From Planctomycetota bacterium (GTDB lineage: Bacteria > Planctomycetota > SZUA-567 > H5-PLA8), in assembly GCA_045863855.1 (NCBI GenBank), contig BTVV01000039.1, forward strand, positions 1-48,971: a DNA stretch of 48,971 nucleotides. Direction: 5' to 3'. The notes under the pieces were generated by a model that worked only from the letters and a program-made list of their open reading frames with translations, was not told where the DNA came from and did not search any database. Made by a program: the position numbers and the translations under genes. Below, piece by piece: positions 16,997 through 29,581 of this stretch. Numbering within the stretch: the stretch's first letter is position 1; every line of letters begins with the position of its first letter.

Positions 16997-17494
16997 ATGT
17001 ACGACAACCCCTACGGGCTTACGCCGGAAGACCTGCAATCGGCGTGGGATCAGAGTAAAGACGTCCTGATTCCGATGATCCTGGCGGTCGTAGTCGGCCT
17101 GTTCCTGATCCTGCTGCTCCATATCCTCTTCAGTTACGTGCTCTATCTATGTTACGAAAGCATCCCGCGAGCGAACCGCAAGCACGAGAGCTGGGAAGCC
17201 TTCATGCTGCTCGTACCGCTGGCCGGTTACGTCTGGAATTTCTTCGTCTACCCCGATCTGGCGCGCGGCTTTCGCTCGTACCGCGAGGAACTGAAGCTGC
17301 CCGCCGCGGGAGACTGCGGCGAAGCGGTGGGCCGGACGTACGCGGTCTGCTCGATTTGCGCCATCATCCCGGTGGTGGGTTTGCTCTTCGCTCTGGTCGC
17401 GATGGTGCTGCAGCTCGTGTACCTCAACCGCGTCTGGAACCTGCGCAAAGAAGTTCAAGCCGCGAACCGGACCGAGGTTCAGCCGCTGGTCTGA
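16997..17494 (+). CDS. Small multi-pass membrane protein (DUF4328-like)
   Basis: Three to four hydrophobic segments, LLVPLAGYVWNFFVYPDLARGF; GGAG 10 nt upstream of ATG 16997 (alternative start 16988). Confidence 0.7.
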   Translation: MYDNPYGLTPEDLQSAWDQSKDVLIPMILAVVVGLFLILLLHILFSYVLYLCYESIPRANRKHESWEAFMLLVPLAGYVWNFFVYPDLARGFRSYREELKLPAAGDCGEAVGRTYAVCSICAIIPVVGLLFALVAMVLQLVYLNRVWNLRKEVQAANRTEVQPLV

Positions 17495-17613
17495 CGGCCG
17501 GGTTCCAGCGCCTTCGTTTCTGCCTTCAACTCATGAATTCGGGCCGCGCGCGCCGCGCTTGGTGGTATATTGGCTGCGCTTTGCTTTAACGGTCAGGAGG
17601 ACACGCCGGCACC

Positions 17614-18654
17614 ATGGGTGCACCCGGACGGGCGTTGGAAGTGCGTGAGGTTCGGAAGCGCTTTGGCGCCGTGGACGTTCTGCGCGGCGTGACGCTCTCG
17701 GCCGATCCGGGAACGTTTCTGACGCTCCTGGGCCCCAGCGGCTGCGGCAAAACGACCTTGCTGCGCATCGTCGCCGGCTTGGAGCTGGCCGACAGCGGCT
17801 CGGTGACGCTCGGAGGCGAAGATCTGCTCGCCAAGCCCGCGCAGCAGCGCCCGGTGAATACGGTCTTTCAGCAGTACGCGCTCTTTCCCCACCTCACCGT
17901 CGCCGACAACGTGGCCTTTGGCTTGCGCGCGCGGCGCTTTCCGGAAGCGGACGTGGCGCGCAAGGTGGGCGAAGCCCTGGAGCTGTTGCAGCTCGGCGAG
18001 CTCGCCGCGCGGCTGCCCGCGAAGCTCTCCGGCGGGCAGAAGCAGCGCGTGGCGCTGGCGCGCGCGCTGGTCAACGAGCCCGATATTCTCCTGCTCGACG
18101 AACCCATGTCCGCGCTCGATGCGAAGCTCCGCGCGCAAGTCCAGCTCGAACTGCGCCGCTTGCAGCGCCGCATCGGGCGCACGTTCGTCCTCGTCACGCA
18201 CGATCAGGACGAAGCGCTCACCGTCAGCGACCGGATTCTCGTCATGCGCGAGGGCTGCATCGAACAGGCCGGCGCGCCCGAGGACGTCTACGCGCGCCCG
18301 CGCACGCGCTTCGTCGCCGAATTCCTGGGCGCCGCGAACCTGATCGAAGCCACGCGCGACGGCGGCGCTTGCGAAACCGCGCTGGGCCGCCTGGAGCCGG
18401 CCGAGAAGCCCGCCTGGACGCGCGGCTGCCTTTGCATCCGGCCGGAAAAGCTCGAACTCTCCGCCACGCGCCCCGAAGGGACCAACACGATCGAAGCCAC
18501 GCTCGAAGAAGTCGTCTACCGCGGCGATCACGTCGAGGTTTTCCTCGGCGCTTCCGGGCTGCGCGCACGCGCGCCGGCCTTGAACGGTCTGGTGCGCGGC
18601 GCGCGCGTCTGGGTTCGCCTCCCGGCCGCGCACCTGATGGCGCTGGAGGCGTAG
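17614..18654 (+). CDS. potA: Spermidine/putrescine ABC transporter ATP-binding subunit
   Basis: GPSGCGKTT, RPVNTVFQQYALFPH, LSGGQKQRVALARAL, LLDEP; C-terminal TOBE region; AGGAGG RBS. Confidence 0.93.
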   Translation: MGAPGRALEVREVRKRFGAVDVLRGVTLSADPGTFLTLLGPSGCGKTTLLRIVAGLELADSGSVTLGGEDLLAKPAQQRPVNTVFQQYALFPHLTVADNVAFGLRARRFPEADVARKVGEALELLQLGELAARLPAKLSGGQKQRVALARALVNEPDILLLDEPMSALDAKLRAQVQLELRRLQRRIGRTFVLVTHDQDEALTVSDRILVMREGCIEQAGAPEDVYARPRTRFVAEFLGAANLIEATRDGGACETALGRLEPAEKPAWTRGCLCIRPEKLELSATRPEGTNTIEATLEEVVYRGDHVEVFLGASGLRARAPALNGLVRGARVWVRLPAAHLMALEA

Positions 18655-18655
18655 C

Positions 18656-19621
18656 GTGTCCGAGCGCGAACTTCCCGGCCTGCCGACGGCCGCGCTCAAG
18701 AACCGCGACGGAGCGCTAGGCGCTCGCGTCGTCTGGCTGGGCGAACTGGTTTCGCGCCGGCGCCTCTTTGCGCGCGGCGGAGCGCTGATGGGCGGCGGTA
18801 TGGGCCTGATCCTCGCGCTCGTCGCCTTGCCGATGCTGGCGCTCGTCGCGCTTGCCTTCGCCACGCGCGGCACGCACGGCGAGATCGAATGGTCCCTCAC
18901 GTTGAATAACCTGAAGCGCCTGTTCGGCTACGGACTCCTGGGCTGGTCGCCCGATATCCTTTGGATACTCGCGCGCAGCATTCTGGTGGCCGCCGTGACG
19001 ACCGTGCTCTGTGTGGCGTTCGCCTTCCCGCTCGCATTTTTCGTGGCCTCGCGCCCGCCCGCGCGGCGCTACGCGTGGCTCGCCCTGATCGTCGTGCCCA
19101 TGCTCACCAACGTGGTGATCCGCGCCTACGCCTGGTTCCCGCTGCTGGGGATGCACTCTCCGCTCACGAAGTTCGCGCAGACCTTGGGCTTCCTCGCGGC
19201 CGACGAAGCCCTCTATCCCAGCGCGCTCGCGGTGTACCTCGGCCAGACGGCGATCAACCTGCCCTTCGCGGTGCTCCCGCTGTATGCGGCGGTCGAACGT
19301 CTCGATCCGGCGCTGATCGACGCCGCGCGCGATCTGTACGCTTCGCGCTGGGGGATCTTCCGCCACGCGATTCTGCCCCAGGTCCGCGCGGCGCTGGCCG
19401 TGGCCATCGTGCTCACGTTCGTGCCCGCGCTGGGCGCGTTCGTGGTGCCCGATCTGCTCGGCGGCGCGCGAGGGATGCTGTTGGGCAACCTGCTGCAGCA
19501 GCAATTCTTCACGGCGCGAAACTGGCCCTACGGCGCGGCGATCAGCCTGATGCTCGTCGCGTGCAGCGTCGTGGCGCTGTGGTACTACGGCCGGGCGCAG
19601 GCGCAGGAGGCCGCGCGATGA
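18656..19621 (+). CDS. potB: Spermidine/putrescine ABC transporter permease
   Basis: TNVVIRAYAW, LPFAVLPLYAAVERLD, AARDLYA, PDLLGG, RNWPYGAA. Confidence 0.92.
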   Translation: MSERELPGLPTAALKNRDGALGARVVWLGELVSRRRLFARGGALMGGGMGLILALVALPMLALVALAFATRGTHGEIEWSLTLNNLKRLFGYGLLGWSPDILWILARSILVAAVTTVLCVAFAFPLAFFVASRPPARRYAWLALIVVPMLTNVVIRAYAWFPLLGMHSPLTKFAQTLGFLAADEALYPSALAVYLGQTAINLPFAVLPLYAAVERLDPALIDAARDLYASRWGIFRHAILPQVRAALAVAIVLTFVPALGAFVVPDLLGGARGMLLGNLLQQQFFTARNWPYGAAISLMLVACSVVALWYYGRAQAQEAAR

Positions 19622-20418
19622 GAACGCTGCCGCGCTGGGTGTACGTGCCGGTGCTCTTCGCGCTCGCGCTGCTGTACGTGCCGCTCCTGGCCGTCGCGGT
19701 GCAGTCGGTAAACGCTTCGCGCTTCGGGACGAGTTGGCAGGGCTTCACCTGGAACTGGTACGGTAAGCTCTTCGCGCACGAAGCCATCGGAGCGGCGGCG
19801 AAGAATACGCTTCTGGTGGCCTGCATCTCGACGGCGGTCTCGACGGTGCTGGGAACCGGCCTCGCGCTGGGCCTCGACCGCATCCCTTGGCCGGGGCGCG
19901 TGCGCCGCGGCTTGGACATCCTGCTGCACCTGCCGGTGATCACGCCCGATATTCTCTTTGCCGCCGCGCTGGTCGTCGCGTTCGGGGTGCTGCGGCAAGC
20001 CTCGAGCCTCTTCGATCCCGGCCTCGTCCCGATGATCCTGGGGCATATCGCCTTCCAGGTCGCCTTCGTCGCGCTGGTGGTCCGTGCGCGCCTGGCCACG
20101 CTGGAACCCGAACTCTTCGAGGCCGCGCGCGATCTGTACGCGGGCAAGCGCTACCTCTTTTGGCACGTCACGCTGCCCCTGCTGCTGCCCGCCGTCGCCG
20201 GCGGCGCGCTGCTGGCTTTTACGCTCTCGCTCGACGACTTCATCATCAGCTTCTTCACGACGGGCTCGGGATCGGATACGCTGCCGATCTACATTTACGG
20301 ATCGCTTAGGCGCGGCTTGAGTCCCGAGATTCACGCGCTCAGCACGCTCATGGTGCTCGCCACCGTCGCGCTGGTGCTGGGCGTCGAACGGCTCAACCGG
20401 ACGCGGGAGGTTACCTGA
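19618..20418 (+). CDS. potC: Spermidine/putrescine ABC transporter permease
   Basis: WQGFTWNWY, EAARDLYA, AFTLSLDDFIISFF, TLPIYIY; ATGA overlap with potB. Confidence 0.92.
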   Translation: MRTLPRWVYVPVLFALALLYVPLLAVAVQSVNASRFGTSWQGFTWNWYGKLFAHEAIGAAAKNTLLVACISTAVSTVLGTGLALGLDRIPWPGRVRRGLDILLHLPVITPDILFAAALVVAFGVLRQASSLFDPGLVPMILGHIAFQVAFVALVVRARLATLEPELFEAARDLYAGKRYLFWHVTLPLLLPAVAGGALLAFTLSLDDFIISFFTTGSGSDTLPIYIYGSLRRGLSPEIHALSTLMVLATVALVLGVERLNRTREVT

Positions 20419-20419
20419 T

Positions 20420-21523
20420 ATGACACGCATGCGGATGCAGGCGGCGGCTTGGGTCGGCTTCGCTTTGATGCTCCTGGCCGGCTGCAGCGCCGGAAGCAAG
20501 AACATGGGGACGAGCAACACGCCCCAAGGCGGCGGAACCGGCGCCGCGCCGAAGGTGGTGCGCGTCTTTATCTGGTCCGACTACCACAGCCCCGAGGCGC
20601 TCGCCGAATTCGAGAAGAAGACGGGGCTCAAGGTCGAGTTCAGCCACTTCGAATCGAACGAGCAGATGCTCGCCAAGCTCCAGCAGCCGGGCGGCGATGG
20701 GCTGTACGACATCGTGGTGCCTTCGGCGCACGTGGTCGAGAGCTTGGTCAAGCTGGATCTCGTCCAGCCGCTCGATCCTAAAAAGCTTGCCAATCTGGGT
20801 AACCTCGCGCCCAAATTCAAAGACCCCAGCTACGACAAGGGAAACAAGTACACGGTCCCCTATTTCTGGGGCAGCACGGGCATCCTGTACCGCAAGGACA
20901 AGCTCAAAGAGTTGCCGGCGACGTGGGCCACCGTCTTTAAGGATCCGCCCGGAACCTTCGTGATGCTCGACGAGATGCGCGACATGTTGGGCGCGGCGCT
21001 GGTGTATCAGGGCGAATCCGTGAACTGCAAGGACGTGGAGAAGCTGAAGAAGGCGGCCGAACTGGTCACGCAGGCCAAGAAGCATCCCAAGTTCCGCTTT
21101 TTTGCAGGAGGCCCCGACGGCCAGAAGAAGGTGCTGGCCGGCGAAGTGGATTTCGCGGTGGTCTGGAACGGCGAAGGCGTGCGCGCCATGAGCGAAGACG
21201 CGGGCGTCGATTTCTTCATCCCCGGCGAAGGCTCTCCGCTGTGGGTGGACAACTTGACCATTCCCAAGCACGCTCCGAATCCGGACGGCGCCCATAAGCT
21301 GATCGACTTCTGGCTGGACGGAAAGATCGCCGCGCAGCAGGCCAACGAACTGCGCTACGGCTCGCCCGTCGCCGCCGCCCGCGAATACCTGAAAGCCGAA
21401 GACTTGAACAACCCGCGCATCTATCCGGCGGAAGAACTGATGAACAAGCTCCAGTTCGAAGACCACCTTGGCGACGACGCGCAGGTGTGGGACGAACTCT
21501 GGACCCAGATCAAATCGCGCTAA
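20420..21523 (+). CDS. potD: Spermidine/putrescine-binding lipoprotein
   Basis: Lipobox LLAGC; IWSDY, FEKKTG, FESNEQM, YDIVVPS, PYFWGSTG, WNGE, PGEGSPLWVD. Confidence 0.93.
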   Translation: MTRMRMQAAAWVGFALMLLAGCSAGSKNMGTSNTPQGGGTGAAPKVVRVFIWSDYHSPEALAEFEKKTGLKVEFSHFESNEQMLAKLQQPGGDGLYDIVVPSAHVVESLVKLDLVQPLDPKKLANLGNLAPKFKDPSYDKGNKYTVPYFWGSTGILYRKDKLKELPATWATVFKDPPGTFVMLDEMRDMLGAALVYQGESVNCKDVEKLKKAAELVTQAKKHPKFRFFAGGPDGQKKVLAGEVDFAVVWNGEGVRAMSEDAGVDFFIPGEGSPLWVDNLTIPKHAPNPDGAHKLIDFWLDGKIAAQQANELRYGSPVAAAREYLKAEDLNNPRIYPAEELMNKLQFEDHLGDDAQVWDELWTQIKSR

Positions 21524-21531
21524 GCTTCATG

Positions 21532-21623
21532 CACCGCAAAGCGCGCGGAGCACGGCACGTAGAGTCCACCCCTAATCGGGAAGGAATGGGCCTTTCTCCG
21601 TGCGCTCTGTGCTCTCTGCGGTG
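21532..21623. repeat. Imperfect palindromic intergenic element between convergent genes
   Basis: Left arm CACCGCAAAGCGCGCGGAGC...; the reverse complement of the right arm is CACCGCAGAGAGCACAGAGCGCACGGAG; related copy at about 34501-34597. Confidence 0.65.
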
Positions 21624-21630
21624 AATAGCC

Positions 21631-22653
21631 TTAGACCTTCGTCCAATCGAAGTGGCAGCCCAGCGTCTTGGCGCGCTCGTGCAGGAGCTTCTGGAAGGCC
21701 GCTTGGCAATCCTTGGGCTCGAAGACGTGCGTGTTCAGGTCGGTCATGCGCATGCGCCCATCCTTGAGGTACTGAAAGAAGAGCTGGATCATGCGGTTGC
21801 GCGTCCAGGGCGTGAAATCGCTCTCGTGCGGCGGCGTGTTGGTCGCATGCGACGCGATCACGCTCAGGCTCTTGCTGATGATCGCTCCGGTCAGGTGCTG
21901 CCCCGAAGGGGTGCCGGTATCGCCGACGAGCACGAGTTTGCCCAAGCGCCGGAGCAACTGCTGCGCCGACTGGAAGACCTTGTCGTTGCCGGTGATGTCG
22001 TAGACCGCGTCGGCCATGCGCCCTTCGGTGAACTCCTTCACGGCCTCGGCGGCGGCCGCGACATCCAGGTTGATCGCGCGGGTCGCGCCGTGCCGGCGCG
22101 CGATTTCCAGACGGTCGCTGACCGGATCGATCACGATCAGCTCGCGCGGCCCCAACAACCTCAGGAACTGCACCGCCATCTGGCCCAGCGGCCCGGCGCC
22201 CACGATCACCACGTCTTCGCCCAGCGCATGCTGCGCCCGGCGTACCCCGTTCTGGACGATGTAGCTCAACGTACGCCAGCCGGCGTCGCGGTCGCTGACG
22301 CCGTCCGGCACTTTCAGGAAGTCGCTCGCGGGCCCCACGGCGAACTGGCGGTGCGAATGCGTGCTGCTTACTCGGTCGCCCGCCGCCAGGCCTTCCACGC
22401 CCTCGCCCAAAGCTTCGACGACGCCGACAAAGCTGTAGCCGGAGTGAAACGGATACTTGACCCAATTATCCCAATGACTGCCGGGTTCGAAGCGCCGCCC
22501 GTAGCAGATCGTCTCGGTTCCGGTGCTGACAAGCGTCCAAGTCGCGCGGACCAGCACTTCGCCGCGCCCCGGCGCGCGGACGGGTTCACGGACCAGCGCG
22601 GCCTTTTCCTTGTCCGTAAAGACCACGACCTGCATTTCGGTGGGCAGCGCCAT
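21631..22653 (-). CDS. Medium-chain dehydrogenase/reductase (SxGTE subfamily)
   Basis: TLVSTGTE, GYSFVGVVEALGEGV, IVGAGPLG, DAVYDITG; AGGAGG RBS before ATG 22653. Confidence 0.9.
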   Translation of the reverse strand: MALPTEMQVVVFTDKEKAALVREPVRAPGRGEVLVRATWTLVSTGTETICYGRRFEPGSHWDNWVKYPFHSGYSFVGVVEALGEGVEGLAAGDRVSSTHSHRQFAVGPASDFLKVPDGVSDRDAGWRTLSYIVQNGVRRAQHALGEDVVIVGAGPLGQMAVQFLRLLGPRELIVIDPVSDRLEIARRHGATRAINLDVAAAAEAVKEFTEGRMADAVYDITGNDKVFQSAQQLLRRLGKLVLVGDTGTPSGQHLTGAIISKSLSVIASHATNTPPHESDFTPWTRNRMIQLFFQYLKDGRMRMTDLNTHVFEPKDCQAAFQKLLHERAKTLGCHFDWTKV

Positions 22654-22813
22654 AGGTAATTCCTCCTGGAAGATGGCTTCCACGATACGTGGCGGGCGAG
22701 CGGTCGCAAGTCGCCCAAACGGGCTTGGCGTGCCTGCGGACGGCGAGTAGGCTCATCTTTCGTACCTGAACCGGCGTTACGAATCGGATCGACGGTCATA
22801 CAAGGAGACCACC

Positions 22814-22957
22814 ATGCTGCTGGCTCACGTTACGCCTACCGACGCGCCCGTTATCTCCGCCGTAGTGGCGCTGGCTTTCGCGCTGGGCCTGGTGGCTGGG
22901 TTCGGCATCGCTTGGGTGCTTTTGCGCGTCAAGCAGGCGAAGGCGAAAAACCGCTAA
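22814..22957 (+). CDS. 47-aa single-TM small protein (not in the ORF track)
   Basis: MLLAHVTPTDAPVISAVVALAFALGLVAGFGIAWVLLRVKQAKAKNR*; AAGGAG RBS 6 nt upstream; followed by a terminator. Confidence 0.75.
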   Translation: MLLAHVTPTDAPVISAVVALAFALGLVAGFGIAWVLLRVKQAKAKNR

Positions 22958-22984
22958 TCGCCGCTTCGGTGGATGACCTTCCAT

Positions 22985-23014
22985 AAAACGGGCCGCCCTG
23001 GGGCGGCCCGTTTT
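22985..23014. terminator. Bidirectional rho-independent terminator (small ORF and secA)
   Basis: AAAACGGGCCGCCC-TG-GGGCGGCCCGTTTT. Confidence 0.9.
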
Positions 23015-23045
23015 GCTTCTAAACTAGCTACGGCGGCGTACGCGA

Positions 23046-26336
<3,291 letters not shown>

Positions 26337-26439
26337 CGAACCGGCTCCTTCATGCTTCCGGCCACGGCGCATGCCACGAATGCAGGACGGCCATCGGGCC
26401 GCCCGCGAACGCTACGCAATTAAAGTGGGGAAGCGAAAC

Positions 26440-26811
26440 TTAAGGCGCGGAGGTTTGACGCGAGCCGTGCGACGGGTCCTGCCAAGCCGTGCGCGGCGCG
26501 GACGTCTCGGTGCGCTCGTCCGGGCGGATCGTCGTAACCAGCTCCGTCTGGGCGGTAGGGCTCTGCCGTTGCGGTGCGGTTAATCGGTCGAGCGTGTGGA
26601 TCGTTTCGGCGGCCTGCCGCGCCAAGGCGCTGCGCGTGCTGCGAGCCGCGTGCGTACCGCCGCCGCTGACGGCCCAGCTCAGATCCAGTTGCACCGGACC
26701 GGCCCATGGCGCATCCTGCGCGGCGGCATGCGCGCTTACGGCGGTGGCAAGCACCATCGCGGCCGAAGCGCCAATACGTAACCGGCTTCGCGGTGCGGCA
26801 TCCATCTTCAT
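26440..26811 (-). CDS. Signal-peptide-bearing leader ORF directly upstream of secA (about 123 aa; start 26820, 26811 or 26805)
   Basis: MKMDAAPRSRLR-IGASAAMVLATAVS-AHA|AAQD signal peptide; low-complexity body; ends AWQDPSHGSRQTSAP* 103 nt before secA. Confidence 0.55.
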   Translation of the reverse strand: MKMDAAPRSRLRIGASAAMVLATAVSAHAAAQDAPWAGPVQLDLSWAVSGGGTHAARSTRSALARQAAETIHTLDRLTAPQRQSPTAQTELVTTIRPDERTETSAPRTAWQDPSHGSRQTSAP

Positions 26812-26911
26812 AATGCGCATCCTAGCGATCCGACCCCGTGAAGTCCACGGCTTTCGAGTGACCCGCACAAGCCGGCCCCGGCTCACGCGGGAAGGGGAGA
26901 GACCCAGCAGC

Positions 26912-27496
26912 ATGCTTTTCAAACTGCCGATCCTGGAGGCGATCGCCGCCGGACGGGTGCGCTTGGCCTTCCGGCGTTGGACGAAGGCCCGCGTGAAAGC
27001 CGGTTCGACTCTGCGCACCCCCGTCGGCGTGCTTGTAGTCGCCAGTATTGAAACGTGTACCGAAGTATCCATTGGCGCAGCCGAAGCGCGCGCGGCCGGA
27101 TACGCCTCGAAAGCTGAACTGCTGAAAGACTTGAACGCCTTTGGGCCAGGCTGCGTGTACCGGATCGAATTGCGCTTCCAAGGGTCCGATCCTCGGATCG
27201 CCTTGCGCAGGCGCTCCCGCTTGAGCGCCGCCGCACGGGCGGAGATCGCGCGCAAGCTCGAACGGTTGGATAATGCGAGCCGCTGGGGGCCATGGACGAA
27301 CAGAGTGCTGGCGCTGATTCGCGACCATCCAGGGCTTCGAGCCACGGAGCTGGCAGCCAAGGCCGGACGTGAGGCACATCTCTTCAAGACCGATGTGCGT
27401 AAGCTCAAAGAACTGGGCCTGACCGAAAGTCTGCAACCGGGCTATCGTCTCAGCCCTCGCGGCAGAGCATGGATGCACGAAGTGAGACCGGTTTGA
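26912..27496 (+). CDS. ASCH/PUA-like domain plus C-terminal HTH-like hypothetical protein
   Basis: IAAGRVRLAFRRW...VKAGSTLRT...ARAAGY; FKTDVRKLKELGLTESLQPGYRLSPRG; GGGGAG RBS. Confidence 0.75.
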   Translation: MLFKLPILEAIAAGRVRLAFRRWTKARVKAGSTLRTPVGVLVVASIETCTEVSIGAAEARAAGYASKAELLKDLNAFGPGCVYRIELRFQGSDPRIALRRRSRLSAAARAEIARKLERLDNASRWGPWTNRVLALIRDHPGLRATELAAKAGREAHLFKTDVRKLKELGLTESLQPGYRLSPRGRAWMHEVRPV

Positions 27497-27610
27497 ATAT
27501 CCTTGGCATTGTGCTTGCGCCTTCCTCTAATGAAGGATCGGATTGAAGCAAAATGCAACAGATCGGCGAGGCGGACGAAATAGTAACGCCTTATTATGAA
27601 AGGACTTAAA

Positions 27611-28180
27611 ATGAGAGGACCGAAGCAGGAATCCACCTTCTGGACGGAGCTTGTCCGGCAACTCGAAGGGTATGCTTTCGTGGCTCGGTGCGATGGTCAG
27701 ATCCTCGATGCGAACCAGGCCGGTTGGGGCTTTTTGGAGCGGTGGCGGCGGGAGCGCGGGGGCTGGGAGTTGCCGGCTTGGTTGTTGGCCGTCGAAGAAG
27801 CGCACGTGCAGGGCATTGAAAATGAACAGGAATTGGATCTTAGACTTTCGGGTGGGCGAAGCTACCGGTTGCGCGCATCGCTGGTTCCAGGTTCCGAGCA
27901 TGATACGAAGGGGCCGCAATTCATCGTGCAAGCCGACGAAGTCTTGGGCCGGGCCGAGGTTCCGCTGCGCAAGTTACGGGAGCGCTATCACTTAACGCAG
28001 CGCGAGGCCGAGATTTTGAGTTTGCTCTTGAGCGGACGGTCGAATTCGGAAGTAGGCCGGATGCTGGGCATGGCGCCGATCGAGGCGAAACGGATCGCGC
28101 GCCGGGTACGGGTTAAACTGGGCGAGGCGGCCGGGTTGCTGCATGCCAAGCCCACCAGCGATGTCTTCAGTCTTTCGTAG
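27611..28180 (+). CDS. LuxR-type HTH transcriptional regulator with PAS-like N-terminus
   Basis: YHLTQREAEILSLLLSGRSNSEVGRMLGM; N-terminal DGQILDANQAG. Confidence 0.8.
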   Translation: MRGPKQESTFWTELVRQLEGYAFVARCDGQILDANQAGWGFLERWRRERGGWELPAWLLAVEEAHVQGIENEQELDLRLSGGRSYRLRASLVPGSEHDTKGPQFIVQADEVLGRAEVPLRKLRERYHLTQREAEILSLLLSGRSNSEVGRMLGMAPIEAKRIARRVRVKLGEAAGLLHAKPTSDVFSLS

Positions 28181-29447
28181 CCGAACCGCACCGGCACAAA
28201 GTCTGCACCTGCTTCTTCAACCACCCGGTATTCGTATAGCCCATGTGCCCACCGTAGGGGAGCACAGTGAGCTGATCCGACGGAGCGAGCGCCCGCAGGC
28301 GGTCGAGTTCGGCCGCTTCGTTCAGCGGGTCGTCGGCCGCGACGATCAAGCGGACCGCCTTGGGCATGCGGCTCATGAGCTGCACGGTGTCGCCGGAAGC
28401 CCAAAGATCGTCGATGGTGCGCACCACGCCTTTCTCATTCCAATAACGATATACCATGCGGTGGATATAGCTTTCGAAGCTCCAGGTCGAAGCCATGTCG
28501 CGCCGGTACTGATCGCTATGCTGTGCGGCGCTTGGGAGCTGGCCGAGCTTGTAGCGCGAGTCGGCGTAATCAATGACCTCCCTCAAGTCGAGACGGAAGG
28601 CGGCGGCAATACCGGCCATCATCTCTTCGTCGGTGAAGGGAATCGCTTCGCCGGGGCCGACGGGCTTGTGATCCAGCAGGTCGCCGCCGAGCTTGGCGAG
28701 GGTGTAGTTCCAGCGGTAGCGGCGGTAGAAGTCGTCGAGGCGGCGCGCGGCGCTGTGCATGTTCACGGGCGGAGAAACGGCCAGGATCGCCTCCGGACGC
28801 AGCGGAACTTCGCAGTTCTGCGCCAAGTCCATCCAGTTCAACGCCATGATGCCGCCGTAGCTGGCGCCCAGCAGGACCACGCCGGTCACCTTGTCCTTGT
28901 AGTCCTTCTGTTGAATCAGCGTGTTGACGATCTGAGCCGAGAGGCGGGCCTCTTCGCGCACGTAGCCCGGTACGCCGTGGCGGGAGCGTTCGTTAAAAGC
29001 CGGCAGGAAGGGTGAATCGAAAGTGACGACGTGGCAGCCGGCGTCGAACATCTGCTGCTTCCACAACTGGGCGATCTTATTCTTGCTGCGCGATCCCAGC
29101 CCCAGCAGCAGGACGGCCAAGCGCGCGGGCTGCTTTTGCCACATCACGCGGACCTTGAGGTCCTTCTCGAAGCCGGGGATGCCCTTGAGCTTCACTTCGT
29201 TTTCGCCCAGCAGTTTAGGCTCGTCGAAGCTGAAGGCGGTGATGGTCGCGTAATAGCCGTTGGTGATGCGGTAGTCGAAATCGGCCGGGGCGACTTCGGC
29301 GCTGGGGCTGCCGTTCTCCAGCCCGACGGCCTGGGGCACGGTGGCGGTATCTTCGCTGGCGCCTACGGCCGGGCGCGTCCAGGCGCAGCATGATGAAGCG
29401 AACAGGCATACGAAAAGCAGGCGGGTTTGACGGACGGCAACGGTCAT
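28167..29447 (-). CDS. Secreted alpha/beta-fold hydrolase
   Basis: Signal peptide; GASYGG nucleophile elbow, AADDPL, GGHMGY. Confidence 0.85.
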   Translation of the reverse strand: MTVAVRQTRLLFVCLFASSCCAWTRPAVGASEDTATVPQAVGLENGSPSAEVAPADFDYRITNGYYATITAFSFDEPKLLGENEVKLKGIPGFEKDLKVRVMWQKQPARLAVLLLGLGSRSKNKIAQLWKQQMFDAGCHVVTFDSPFLPAFNERSRHGVPGYVREEARLSAQIVNTLIQQKDYKDKVTGVVLLGASYGGIMALNWMDLAQNCEVPLRPEAILAVSPPVNMHSAARRLDDFYRRYRWNYTLAKLGGDLLDHKPVGPGEAIPFTDEEMMAGIAAAFRLDLREVIDYADSRYKLGQLPSAAQHSDQYRRDMASTWSFESYIHRMVYRYWNEKGVVRTIDDLWASGDTVQLMSRMPKAVRLIVAADDPLNEAAELDRLRALAPSDQLTVLPYGGHMGYTNTGWLKKQVQTLCRCGSATKD

Positions 29448-29530
29448 GATCCGGGGACTCCTCGACGCGCAAGAGGCAAAATGCGGCGTGGCCGCGAGCG
29501 AGCGCGAACACCAATCTAGAATAGGATTAA

Positions 29531-29575
29531 CAAGGCCGTAAAGTCCAGCGCATCCTCTACGATTCCACGGCCTTG
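29531..29575. terminator. 9-bp inverted repeat just downstream of nth (possible terminator or processing hairpin)
   Basis: CAAGGCCGT ... ACGGCCTTG with a 27-nt loop; weak U-tract. Confidence 0.3.
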
Positions 29576-29581
29576 AAAAGC

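Noticed and set aside
18961..19617. N-terminal extension of potC in the ORF track
   Set aside because: Overlaps potB; the real start is the ATGA-coupled ATG at 19618
26420..26707. Alternative-frame secA leader ending NLRALSFASPL
   Set aside because: No signal peptide and no RAPP/RAGP motif; the 26440 frame is the more protein-like one, and I see no evidence for a frameshift
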